Assembly: GCA_964019335.1 (NCBI GenBank)
Contig: OZ025702.1
Coordinates: 372,001-436,000, forward strand
Source: Diplonema japonicum
Lineage: Eukaryota > Protista > Euglenozoa: Diplonemea
Length of the DNA: 64,000 bases
Reading direction: 5' to 3'
Shown here piece by piece: positions 1 to 9,509 of the stretch; positions within the stretch are counted from its first letter, which is position 1; every line of letters starts with the position of its first letter. Made by a program: the position numbers and the translations under genes. The notes below the pieces were generated by a model. It was not told the origin of the DNA. It did not search any database and saw only the letters and a list, made by a program, of their open reading frames with translations.

Positions 1-257
1 GTCATGACGTGCTTTACATGCAAGACAGTGAGGAGTGCGAAGTGCTCACCACGCCGTGGATCGAAACGACCAACACACACGGAACAGGATGCACACTGGC
101 AGCGTCTATCTCAGCAGGGGTGGCAAAGGGGCTGGATGTGAAGGAAGCTGTCATACAAGCAAAGGCGTACTTAACCAAGGCTTTGGAAGCCTCGAAAAAC
201 GTGAAACTTGGTAAGGGCGGGAACGGTCCGATGGTTCACTCCCCCATGGGGTGGTGA
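1..257 (+). CDS. thiD: Hydroxymethylpyrimidine/phosphomethylpyrimidine kinase (ThiD family), C-terminal part; 5' end outside the window
   Basis: NTHGTGCTLAASISAGVAKG anion-hole motif and the C-terminal LGKGGNGPMVH typical of ThiD. Confidence 0.85.
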   Translation, partial: HDVLYMQDSEECEVLTTPWIETTNTHGTGCTLAASISAGVAKGLDVKEAVIQAKAYLTKALEASKNVKLGKGGNGPMVHSPMGW

Positions 258-331
258 TAGAATTTTTCTATCTTTCTTTTTTAAATCTTCTTTCTTCATT
301 TTTATAACATATAACAACATCCTCAGTCACG

Positions 332-1672
332 ATGACGAAGCATGTGAACGATGATGAGCTATCAGACACTTCGTCGGTGGCGTCAATTCTTTCATACGGC
401 ATGCGGCCGTCAGGGGTGAAGGAACATGCTGTAGGGGTTGCGGGTGGAAGCTTGATCCTGATCAACACAGTGGTGGGTGGTGGGATTTCTTTGGTAGCAA
501 CGCCGTATGCGGTGAAGTGTCTGGGGCTCGGTTCGTTTCTCGTGTGCGAGCTTCTTTTCGGGATATTCTCAACGATTTCACTGGTCATGTTGGGCCGCGT
601 CTGCACCGCGGCCAACAGTTTTAATCTGAAACACCTAGCCGAGGAATTGATAGGAAAATGGGCCGGTATTGCAACGTCGTTCGCAATTGGGTTGAACAAC
701 TTTTTTGTCGTTATTGCGTTTCTTCAAATAGGGTTCGACGTCTGTGACGCGTTGTTCAATGACACCGCCTCTCCCTTTGTCATCGCGGGTGTTGCGTGTT
801 TGATCCTTCCGATCGCAAACTTTGCTCATATTGATAAAATCGAGCCGTTGGCATTTGGCTGCACGTTGCTGTGGCTGTCATTCGTAGTCCTCATGATGGT
901 GAATTTTTTCGTGGCGTTGAATCGAAACCACCTCGCAACCCACTCCGACTGGGAGTGGTCCGCCTCCTTCGTCGACGTTATCCTTGGCAAAGGCCTCCCC
1001 GCCATCAACCTAACATGGACGGTTCAATTCAACGCAACACCTCTTTTCGGTTCGCTCACACCACGAACCCGCAAATCCATGTCTGCTGTTTCCAGCGTAA
1101 TGTCCATGACCGCAATGGGGCTGTACATGACGTATGGAATGGGAACATACAGGTACTATGGAAGTGAAATTAAAGATGACATCATGAAGAGCATCAATCC
1201 TGATAAGAACGGAAAGGGTCTTGAATGGGGGCACTGGTCGGTGATGCTTGCCGAAGGGTTGCTTGGAACGTCCGCTATGGGAACGATTCCTTTTTTCTTG
1301 ATTGAGAGCAGGAACATGGTGCACGATGCGATCACCGACAAGAAGTTTGACACGAAGACCAGGTTTGTCGAGACAGCTTCCATGGTAGCTGTGGCTTATG
1401 CAGTAGCTTATCTAGTATCGGACCTTTCTGTTATTATTGCGTTGATCGGTGTTTTCCCTGCAAACGTCATTGCTTGGATCCTCCCGGGGCTCCTTGTCGT
1501 CAGGCTCGCTGAACGAGATGACAACATTGTTTCAAACAGTTCATCTATAGCAGCGGACACCGCGGCGCCCCCTCCCCCATCTTTCCCGAAAAGCTCGAAG
1601 AAGTACGGCTACGCGTTGCTGGCATGGGCCGCCACCCTCGCTCCTCTTGGTTTAATCTCAATGTTTCGGTGA
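332..1672 (+). CDS. Amino acid transporter (AAAP/Aa_trans family)
   Basis: 446 aa with ~11 hydrophobic segments; LINTVVGGGISLVATPY N-terminal signature. Confidence 0.85.
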   Translation: MTKHVNDDELSDTSSVASILSYGMRPSGVKEHAVGVAGGSLILINTVVGGGISLVATPYAVKCLGLGSFLVCELLFGIFSTISLVMLGRVCTAANSFNLKHLAEELIGKWAGIATSFAIGLNNFFVVIAFLQIGFDVCDALFNDTASPFVIAGVACLILPIANFAHIDKIEPLAFGCTLLWLSFVVLMMVNFFVALNRNHLATHSDWEWSASFVDVILGKGLPAINLTWTVQFNATPLFGSLTPRTRKSMSAVSSVMSMTAMGLYMTYGMGTYRYYGSEIKDDIMKSINPDKNGKGLEWGHWSVMLAEGLLGTSAMGTIPFFLIESRNMVHDAITDKKFDTKTRFVETASMVAVAYAVAYLVSDLSVIIALIGVFPANVIAWILPGLLVVRLAERDDNIVSNSSSIAADTAAPPPPSFPKSSKKYGYALLAWAATLAPLGLISMFR

Positions 1673-1774
1673 ATTACATAATCATAATAAGATTTTTTTT
1701 TTCCCCCCCGTTGTTTTCTTTTGCAATTTCCGAAGCTGCCACAGTGTTACACGAAAAAAAAAAAAAAGAAAAAA

Positions 1775-2722
1775 ATGTCAACCGAAACCGCGCTTACCAT
1801 ATCTGTTGCCATCCAGAACAGATGTAAAGCAACGCTTCCTATGATCCGAAAAGCAGTCGGGTGCTCGGAAGGGAGTGTTTACACGGCAGATTTAGCCGTG
1901 TTGAAAACTGAAAAGGACTTGAAAGGGTACCTTGAGGCCGGCGGATCTAACGTCATGGTTGTGAACGAAATATCCGAAGAGGAGACGCAACGACTTGACG
2001 AGGAGGTAGTTCTTTTAAGAGCGACGGTCGAACGTATGAGGGAAGAGAAAATGGCGCTTTTTGAACAGATAAAAGGGCAGACGAGGGAGATGGCCATCCA
2101 AAAGTACAGGATCGCCGAACTCGAAAAAGAACGCAAAGCAACGAAAGATATTATAACATGTTCTGTTGGAAGCCTTTCGGCATGCCCACCGGACGCACCT
2201 CTGCCTGTTTCTTTACATTTCGACAAAAAGTTCTGTGGATCAAGCGTCGAACTGTCTGCAGATGGCCTGCGTGTCAAGGCGACACACTCGTACAACAAAA
2301 TAGCCTTATGCGAACCGGCGTTCGATTCCAAGCAAGACACATATGCAGAGTTTGTCTTGAAGACTAACATCTCGAAATTCACCACGATTGGCGTAATACT
2401 TGAATCAGGCCTCTCCAGGCTCAACCTCAACACAGACTCCCTAGGAGAACACCCATACTCTTTTGCATGGGGCGGGCACCAGTACTGGACAGCCGCATTC
2501 ATTACCGACGGGTCGTCCAAAGGCCCCAAGGGCGGGGAATGGGTCAAAGGTTCGCGAATAGGTGTCTTCGTTTCTTCAAACGCCGTGTCCTTCTACTTAG
2601 ACGGGTCGCTGAAGCATCAACATGTTTTTACGAACCTCGAGGGGACTTTCCGTTTCGGCGTCGGGTTCGGGGGGCCCAAGTCCGGGGACGGGGAATATGG
2701 CACCATCGATATTGTGGTTTGA
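1775..2722 (+). CDS. Coiled-coil plus SPRY/B30.2-like domain protein
   Basis: ATG at 1775 after an A-tract; C-terminal LSADGLRV...IGV...LGEHPYSFAW...GSRIGVFV...VSFYLDG SPRY-like pattern. Confidence 0.65.
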   Translation: MSTETALTISVAIQNRCKATLPMIRKAVGCSEGSVYTADLAVLKTEKDLKGYLEAGGSNVMVVNEISEEETQRLDEEVVLLRATVERMREEKMALFEQIKGQTREMAIQKYRIAELEKERKATKDIITCSVGSLSACPPDAPLPVSLHFDKKFCGSSVELSADGLRVKATHSYNKIALCEPAFDSKQDTYAEFVLKTNISKFTTIGVILESGLSRLNLNTDSLGEHPYSFAWGGHQYWTAAFITDGSSKGPKGGEWVKGSRIGVFVSSNAVSFYLDGSLKHQHVFTNLEGTFRFGVGFGGPKSGDGEYGTIDIVV

Positions 2723-2800
2723 GTATTTTTCCCTCCCCACCTTAATTTGATATGAGTCTTTTTTTTTTTCTCTTTTTTTTTTGACGATGGTTGTTTTCTC

Positions 2801-3625
2801 ATGTATCACAGCATCACAATGTCGGACGAGCCGATCGCAAAGAAGCAGCGTACTGCGGTCGGGTCCAAGTACACTGTTGCGGAAGATGCTCCAGGTGCAA
2901 AATGGACGCGCTTCCCGATCAGAGTGAGAGCGCACAGAAACCCTCTGTCTGACAACGACGACCAGCACCCCGCGTCGCCTGCCGACATTGACTGGGACAA
3001 GATGTACCCGAACAGGAACGGGAGGGTGGTGGAAGTCGCCGACATGGGCTGTGCGTATGGTGGTCTTCTGTGCAGGTTGTCTTCCTTGTTCCCCGACACT
3101 CTCATGATGGGGATGGAAATCAGGGACAAAGTTGCCGCGTTTGCACAGAGCAGGGTTGAACGGTTGAGGTCAGGCGAAGGCCTCACGGCAGGGGAGAAGA
3201 AAGATGTGTCGCACCACTACGAAAACACCTGGTTCATGCAAGGGAACACCATGAAATATCTCCCGAATTTCTTTGAGAAGGGCCAGCTGAAGAAGCTGTT
3301 CTTCTGCTACCCGGACCCTCACTTCAAGAAGAAGAACATCAGACGCCGGGTGATCCAGGAGGCGTTGCTCCATGAGTATGCCTACGTGATGGCAGAGGGT
3401 GGGCTCCTCTACACCGTGACAGATGTCAAAGACCTTGCCGACTGGATGCAAGGCCACCTCGACCGCTCTCCCCTCTTCGAAAGACTCACCCCCGAAGAAG
3501 TGAAGGCCGACCCCTTCATCGACTACGTGGCAAACAGCTCGGAGGACGCCATTCGTACCGAAAAACAAAACCTCAGCAAGCACTTCTCGATCCACAGAAA
3601 GAAACCCATTGCTCCCTTGGAGTGA
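2801..3625 (+). CDS. TRM8: tRNA (guanine-N7)-methyltransferase catalytic subunit (Trm8/METTL1); start may be 2819
   Basis: RAHRNPLSD, ADMGCAYGGL, GMEIR, YLPNFFEKGQLKKLFFCYPDPHFKK motifs. Confidence 0.95.
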   Translation: MYHSITMSDEPIAKKQRTAVGSKYTVAEDAPGAKWTRFPIRVRAHRNPLSDNDDQHPASPADIDWDKMYPNRNGRVVEVADMGCAYGGLLCRLSSLFPDTLMMGMEIRDKVAAFAQSRVERLRSGEGLTAGEKKDVSHHYENTWFMQGNTMKYLPNFFEKGQLKKLFFCYPDPHFKKKNIRRRVIQEALLHEYAYVMAEGGLLYTVTDVKDLADWMQGHLDRSPLFERLTPEEVKADPFIDYVANSSEDAIRTEKQNLSKHFSIHRKKPIAPLE

Positions 3626-3880
3626 GGGAACAAAAAAAAAAAAAAAAGAGAAACTAGAAAGAAAGAAAAAAATACGCGAAATGAAAAGAAATAGGGGGAG
3701 TAAGTGTAAATTAAAGTGTCCCGATTACCCACACTCCATGAATCAGTCTTCAATCATACTTTACGTTGTTCTGGTCAATTCCAGCAAAAAAAAAAAAAAA
3801 AAAAGCAAATGCAAACCCAGCCCTGATTTCGAGAGGCTCAAAATCTCACAACCCTTTCCTCCGGCTGACCAAAAAAAATG

Positions 3881-3953
3881 TAGCAGAGGTAGGTTTCGAT
3901 CCTACGACCTGTGGGTTATGGGCCCACCGCGCTGACCACTGCGCCACTCTGCT
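3881..3953 (-). tRNA. tRNA-Met initiator (CAT)
   Basis: Reverse complement AGCAGAGTGGCGCAGTGGTCAGCGCGGTGGGCCCATAACCCACAGGTCGTAGGATCGAAACCTACCTCTGCTA: A1-U72, three G-C anticodon-stem pairs, GATCGAAA T-loop. Confidence 0.95.
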
Positions 3954-4031
3954 TTGTGCCTAATTCAGGCCCGATAAACTTTTGTTTAGACCACTGGTGT
4001 CTGGTCAGTTACATGCGGCTTTTTTCACATA

Positions 4032-4924
4032 CTGTAAAACAAAAATCACCGGAAGATAAAATGTCAGGAAGCTCTGGCGGTCAGGATACTTTTTCTTCCG
4101 GACATTTTTTTCCTGGGACCCCTTTTATTAAAGGGCTGGACCCGAAAACAGATGAAACTAGTTTCTATAGCAAGAGAAAATCAAACAAAAATCAGAGAAT
4201 TGAATTACGGACTTTTCCAAGAACTAAAAGACACCTCAGATCTTGATTGTTTGCTTCTACCACAAGCTTGTTGAACCAAACCACTTCTTGTGCTTGCTTT
4301 AGTTCCTGCTGCCGCTGGGAAGAAGACGAAAAGGGGTCCCAAGGTTGTCAAGGTTAGGGATTTGGGACAAGCGCGCCGTCACCGGACAGTTTTGCGTTTC
4401 CCTGACTGGTGGCAAACTGCACCCGCAGTTAATTTACACGGGAAAAACAGGACCAGCTCGCGGCAGGAAATACCTCGGGTCCGTCCCTCGTGTTGCACAC
4501 CCCCCAAAAGGCTGGAGTTTAACAGCTTCGAAATCTCACTGGTCCACCCAGGAAACGCTTCGGCTCTGGGTAAAAGATTTGTTTCTCCCCTTTGCTACAA
4601 CCTCATCGAGTCATCGGGCTGAGCACCCATCGAGCCCATCCTACTCATCCTTGATGACTACAATGTCCATACTACGCAGGCTTTTGTGAACTTGTTTTCA
4701 GAAACAAACGTTCACTTAGCGTTTGTCCCCCAGACCTCACCTATTTGTGCCATTAAGGCCGAGGCCAGGCGCACTGCCAAGGCTGCGAAGGCAGCAAACA
4801 AGACGGCCAGACGTGCGGACAGGTAAGATGCTGCCCTTTCCTCGCCCCCTTGTCCGGAAGAAAAAATCACCGGATGTTTCGGCGGTCCGGATATTTTATC
4901 TTCCGGTGGATTTTTGTTTTACAG
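4032..4924 (+). mobile_element. Internally deleted pogo/Tc1-mariner-type DNA transposon
   Basis: ~31-bp TIRs (CTGTAAAACAAAAATCACCGGAAGATAAAAT / ATTTTATCTTCCGGTGGATTTTTGTTTTACAG), TA on both sides, frameshifted DDE_1-like remnant (KLHPQLIYTGKT, SHWSTQET, ILLILDDYNVH). Confidence 0.85.
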
Positions 4925-4960
4925 TAATTTCTAAACATAAAAAGGAGTGGGGAGGGTAGG

Positions 4961-6799
4961 ATGCATGACAAACGAGACCATGAAAAGGGTCACATGGGCA
5001 TCGTGTACCTGAAGGCACGGAAAAACAAGTCAACGCGTGGCGACATGTTAAAATGGAAGAAACGGTTCATGGTGGCGTCTTCGATTGACAGAGAACTACA
5101 GCTGTTTAAGAACGATCAGGCGCTGGTTCCAAAAGATAAGATACCGTTGTCGATGGTAGTAAGTACCAGTGCGAGCGGGAAAGATAAGGCAGCGATTTTG
5201 GACATTGCAATCAAGGGGGGCAGGACGTACACGATGAAAATGACTGGAGAAGACTCGAGGGACAAGTGGGTAAAAGTCATAAATGACTTGGTAGGGGAGA
5301 GACCAGAGAGGCATGAGAGCGCTGGACGACACATCACGGATGAACTCAGATCCCAGCTGAGCGGTGTTTTAGGGTACGAGATTAAGCTTCACTTTGATAA
5401 CGTTGCGTTGTCAAATCTTCCCCCTGACGAGTACCAAAAGTGCCTAACGGCTATCCACCAAGGAACCTGCATGGAAAACTTGTTTTCAGTGTTCAGGCAG
5501 CTCGCCGCCGTTTCCCACGCAGCACGGACTATCAACAAGGTAATCATCCGTAGCCAGATTATCGAACCGACTCCTTACTTCACGACTTTCGACAAAATAT
5601 CTGGCATCCTCACTGTCCGTGTTGTGAGGAATAGCCAAGCAAATACCTTGAAGGTTCCCGACCCTTCGACAATGCTCCCACTGCTCATCAAATCTAGCTG
5701 GCAGAGGGCCATCGAAGAAGCCCTGGACGACAACGCACAGTGGAGAGCAGGTGTTAAAAAGCTACACTCACTTTTCGGCACCACGTTTCCCGTGGTTATT
5801 GACTGGGGGTCTGAGGTCCAAGACACACAGGCCTTGCAAACATACGTAGCGCGGAGATTGACAGGTAGACTGATCGATTCCGTTGCGGATATAGTGCAAA
5901 AGTGTCTGTCGTCGAAGCACAGCGATGACTGCGACCTTTCTGTTTGGGTGTCAGGGATGTCTTTCTTCATCGGTGGCACCGTAATGGAGTTGGATCGCAC
6001 CCCTCTTATCAGAATGCATAGAGCACACGCAAGGCACGATGAAGACTTACCCGAAGCACTGTGCAAGGCAGAGGTTAACCTCTTCCTTAAGTGCAGCGGG
6101 GCAGACGGGAAGGACGCGCTGCTGTGCGACACAACCTTGAGCGACCTTGGTCAAGACCTGACACGGGTGATGGAGCACATTCAAATGGTGCAAGTGATCC
6201 GAAGCACGGAGAAACTTGCAGTAGGAGTAGGGAACCAGATGCTTGAATTCGTGATCAACTGGGAAAGTTTTATCACAACGTTAATACATCTGGGGACCTC
6301 TGTGAGTGCAAGGCTTAAACTGGCCAAAGCGTTACGGGATCAGTACCCAAGCAGGGTGGACGGTGTTATAAGCTCCTTGACTGATACAGAGTGGGGCATT
6401 CTGTGTGGGTCTATTCAACGTGTTGTTGCACGGTTCGTGGCACCAAGCTCAACAAATAAAACCACCATCCAGCAGACAAGCCTCATCGACGTCTGCATCC
6501 TGGAAAGACATGAACGGTCTCAAGGGACAGGGTACACTTCTGTCTTGTCTTTCGACGTAAAGGATCTGGGCTGCTACTGCAGAGGGCTCATTGCAGCGTT
6601 GCGTCTCGAAAAAGTTAACCTCTCTTCCTCCGGCGTCTTTTCTCAAAAGTCCCACGGCAGAACAGAGAGTAACGACAGCTCCTCAACCAGTGACGGTCCT
6701 GAAATGCGGTCCTCTTTGCGACAATTGCATGACGAGCCCACCGACAACCTTCCTACACAATATGCTGAGGACAGCACTTTGATGAGGTGTGGAACTTAA
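4961..6799 (+). CDS. N-terminal PH-domain protein of unknown function
   Basis: 612-aa ORF; GIVYLKA...WKKRFMV...GRTYTMK...SRDKWVKVI PH pattern. Confidence 0.75.
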   Translation: MHDKRDHEKGHMGIVYLKARKNKSTRGDMLKWKKRFMVASSIDRELQLFKNDQALVPKDKIPLSMVVSTSASGKDKAAILDIAIKGGRTYTMKMTGEDSRDKWVKVINDLVGERPERHESAGRHITDELRSQLSGVLGYEIKLHFDNVALSNLPPDEYQKCLTAIHQGTCMENLFSVFRQLAAVSHAARTINKVIIRSQIIEPTPYFTTFDKISGILTVRVVRNSQANTLKVPDPSTMLPLLIKSSWQRAIEEALDDNAQWRAGVKKLHSLFGTTFPVVIDWGSEVQDTQALQTYVARRLTGRLIDSVADIVQKCLSSKHSDDCDLSVWVSGMSFFIGGTVMELDRTPLIRMHRAHARHDEDLPEALCKAEVNLFLKCSGADGKDALLCDTTLSDLGQDLTRVMEHIQMVQVIRSTEKLAVGVGNQMLEFVINWESFITTLIHLGTSVSARLKLAKALRDQYPSRVDGVISSLTDTEWGILCGSIQRVVARFVAPSSTNKTTIQQTSLIDVCILERHERSQGTGYTSVLSFDVKDLGCYCRGLIAALRLEKVNLSSSGVFSQKSHGRTESNDSSSTSDGPEMRSSLRQLHDEPTDNLPTQYAEDSTLMRCGT

Positions 6800-6830
6800 C
6801 AAGAAAAAGGAGTAAAAAACACACAGTGAC

Positions 6831-9253
6831 ATGCAACTTCCTGAAGCTATCCAGTCGCAGCTACAAACCACCAATTACAATACCCTCTACCCCATCTCAA
6901 GTGAGCTGCTTACTGCAACCATCAAAGCCCTCAATCAAAAATTCTCCACCCAAGGAGTGATAGCTGCAAATGACAAGTTAAACATTATTGTCCATGCAGT
7001 ATGCCAAGGGGGGAACAAAAAAGTACACATGGTCGGGATTGAACCGACGATCTCTCGCGTGTGGGGCGAGCGTCCTAACCACTAGACGACACGTGCTTTT
7101 CACTCACCATCCTGTACCTCACTGCCCTTTCCATCGCTTTTGCTATGTTGCTTGTCAGGGATATTGGTCTGTATGAGTCCGTCTTGCTCGGGTCTTTGTT
7201 CGGCTTCAGGAGCGGTCTGATGGTTGTTTTCTTCCAACCCTTTGGGACTTTTCCGTCTGTCCACGAGCAGTTGAAAAGATGTCGCAGAACTTCTACTCCT
7301 TGTGGTCCCATCTTCTTCAAGTACTCGTTGTACACTCCATCTGGGCCTGGCGCCTTCCGCTTCTTCAGCCTTGCTATCTCCCCGAGTACCTCGCTTGTCG
7401 TTATCTGCTCCGATGGTTCCTGCACTGGGTTCCATCCTTATTTCTTCTAGGGCTTCCGTCGATGCTGTTTTCACTTCCGGAGTGCACTTCTTTGCACCCA
7501 TTGCCCATACCGGTCATCCGCTTCTGTTCAAGGACCTCGCGGTGAACCGGCGAGGTCCTCCAGCAGAACGACTTCGCCGTCATCACTGCCGCAGCTCCTT
7601 CAGCCATCTGTCGGAGGGGTAGCAGTCCTGCCTCAGCAACAACCCGAGATCAGCACCGCCGCTCTGTGGTGGAGCCCAACAAGCTCCTCCACCCTGCTGT
7701 CCCTGAGCCTGGCAAAGTAAACACCCATGCAGTACCGGAGTAGCGGGAGAACGTACGTGAGGTACAGAGATCGTGTTAACTTTTGCAGCAGCTATTATGG
7801 TCCAGTAATGTGGATTCATATGCCTCCAGGCCTGCCTTCGTTGCAGCCGATCTTCTCATCCACGATCATTCACCTGTGCAGCCTCAACCAAGTGCTGCTG
7901 CTGCCTTGCCTTTGCTGCCAGCTCCAAGCTGTGGCCGCACACCTCGTCCACCTCTCCTCTGACACAATTGAGTACAGAGGCCATCCTCTGCTGGTGCTGC
8001 CTCTGCTCCTCCAGGCCAAATGTGAGGTCTTCCACATCTTCCTGGACGTTGGTTGTGCGTCCCTGGTCCTTCCTTCCCCTCTTGGGTGTGCCTGTGCGCG
8101 TCCTTGTTGCAGGTAGGAGTCTACCACCTGTTCTGCAAAATGGGCAAAGGCATTGACTTTCACCTGTTCCTTCCTCAGCCAGAAAGCACCTGCATCATTT
8201 ACACCAACTGTGCCAACGAAAACGACAGTACGACAAAATTTCCAATTGCTTTTTCTAGGTTCTATGTGAATTTTCTGGAAAAAAAATTTCAGTGAACCTC
8301 AGGACATTTCTTCTTTTGATTTTCCCTGTGTGGCCCCTGGGGCAAAGGCCGGGTCACTTAACGGATCCTTCGAAAAAAAAGAAAAAAAAAAGGTGACGAA
8401 GCTTCGCAGTATTTTCTACCTTCTGGACACCGACAAGAAAGGGTTAATAAAGTCAGCTGATGTGTCACAGGTGGTGTCAAAGTTCCAGGAGTATAAATCG
8501 GTATGAGTTCTCCAAAACACGACCAAATAATCAATATAGTCTCAGAGCAGCACGATCAGCCCTGCGCTTATTAATGAGATAGGGGAAGGGCTGGTGTCAT
8601 TCGAGAAGGTGGCGATGGTGTTGATGACGAAGCTGTTCCCATCGGATGTGCAGAAGAGCTTGATGTGTAGACGGCATTGCTTGTTGCTGGGTTTGGACGA
8701 CACGGGGAAATCAACGTTAGTGAACCTGCTGAAGCACCGCAGCTCGGAGCCTCACGAGACGACACCCACCATTGGGCACCACACTGAAGTTGTGAAGATA
8801 GGAGGGCTTCTACTGTCTATGCATGAAGTTGGTGGGCGTCTTTCTGAGAGACGCAGCTGGTCAATGTACTCGAAGGATGTCAACAGCATCCATGGTGTAG
8901 TCTTCATGGTGGATGGGACGAAGCCCTCCACCTTCGAGCTGTCAAGGACATATCTGAAGGAAGTCCTTCACAGCAAACATTTGCGTCGCACGCCCTTGCT
9001 GCTGATCATCAACAACAGCGACTCCCACGCTTGCGTTGACAAGAACGAAGTCTTGAATGCTCTCAAACTTGAGAAGTACTGTAAAGAAGGTAAGAGAGAC
9101 TACCGTGCGTTCACCACACACATTCTTAGCGGTGAGGATACTCCCCACGCCGTTGTGAACAATCTTCAGAATTGTCTGAAGTGGTTGGTCGATTTCCAGT
9201 CCAGCGGGCGAAAATCCGACACCTCTTCCCCTTCTGTTAAGCGCAACCACTAG
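6831..9253 (+). CDS. Spliced EF-hand plus Arf-like GTPase; predicted exons 6831-6998, 8393-8500, 8540-9253
   Basis: Phase-0 GT-AG introns 6999-8392 and 8501-8539 join the frames; exon 2 = LRSIFYLLDTDKKGLIKSADV (EF-hand); exon 3 has GLDDTGKST, TTPTIG, EVGG. The exon 1 link is inferred. Confidence 0.65.
7024..7096 (-). tRNA. tRNA-Val (CAC) with C33
   Basis: Reverse complement GCACGTGTCGTCTAGTGGTTAGGACGCTCGCCCCACACGCGAGAGATCGTCGGTTCAATCCCGACCATGTGTA folds as a 73-nt cloverleaf. Confidence 0.9.
7097..8200 (-). mobile_element. Degenerate non-LTR retrotransposon (LINE) fragment, RT N-terminal region
   Basis: KAPGPDGVYNEYLK...LFNCSWTDGKVPKGWK...LLKPNKD...SYRPISLTSNIAKAMER; frameshifted upstream; right boundary approximate. 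Confidence 0.85.
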
Positions 9254-9509
9254 AGAATCTTACCTCTTTGTAATTTTAGTTGCCTCTTTTTTCTTCTTCC
9301 TTGCCTCCCCCCCTCCTCTCCCCATCTCCAGCTTTTGTATCGCAAACCACCGCTTTTTACCCATTGTTTATAGTAGTTCAGTTACTCTTCTTTTTTTTTC
9401 TTCTTTTTCATGTGAAAGCTACAAAACTGAGGGTATATTTTGAAGTGAGGACAAAGAAGGGAGAAAAAAGAAGAGAAAAAAAAAAAGAAGGGGGGTAAAA
9501 AAAAAAGAA

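Noticed and set aside
8300-8372. Ribozyme at the LINE boundary (HDV-like or hammerhead)
   Set aside because: Core motifs could not be built; the sequence loosely resembles 46795-46825 and may be a retroposon tail
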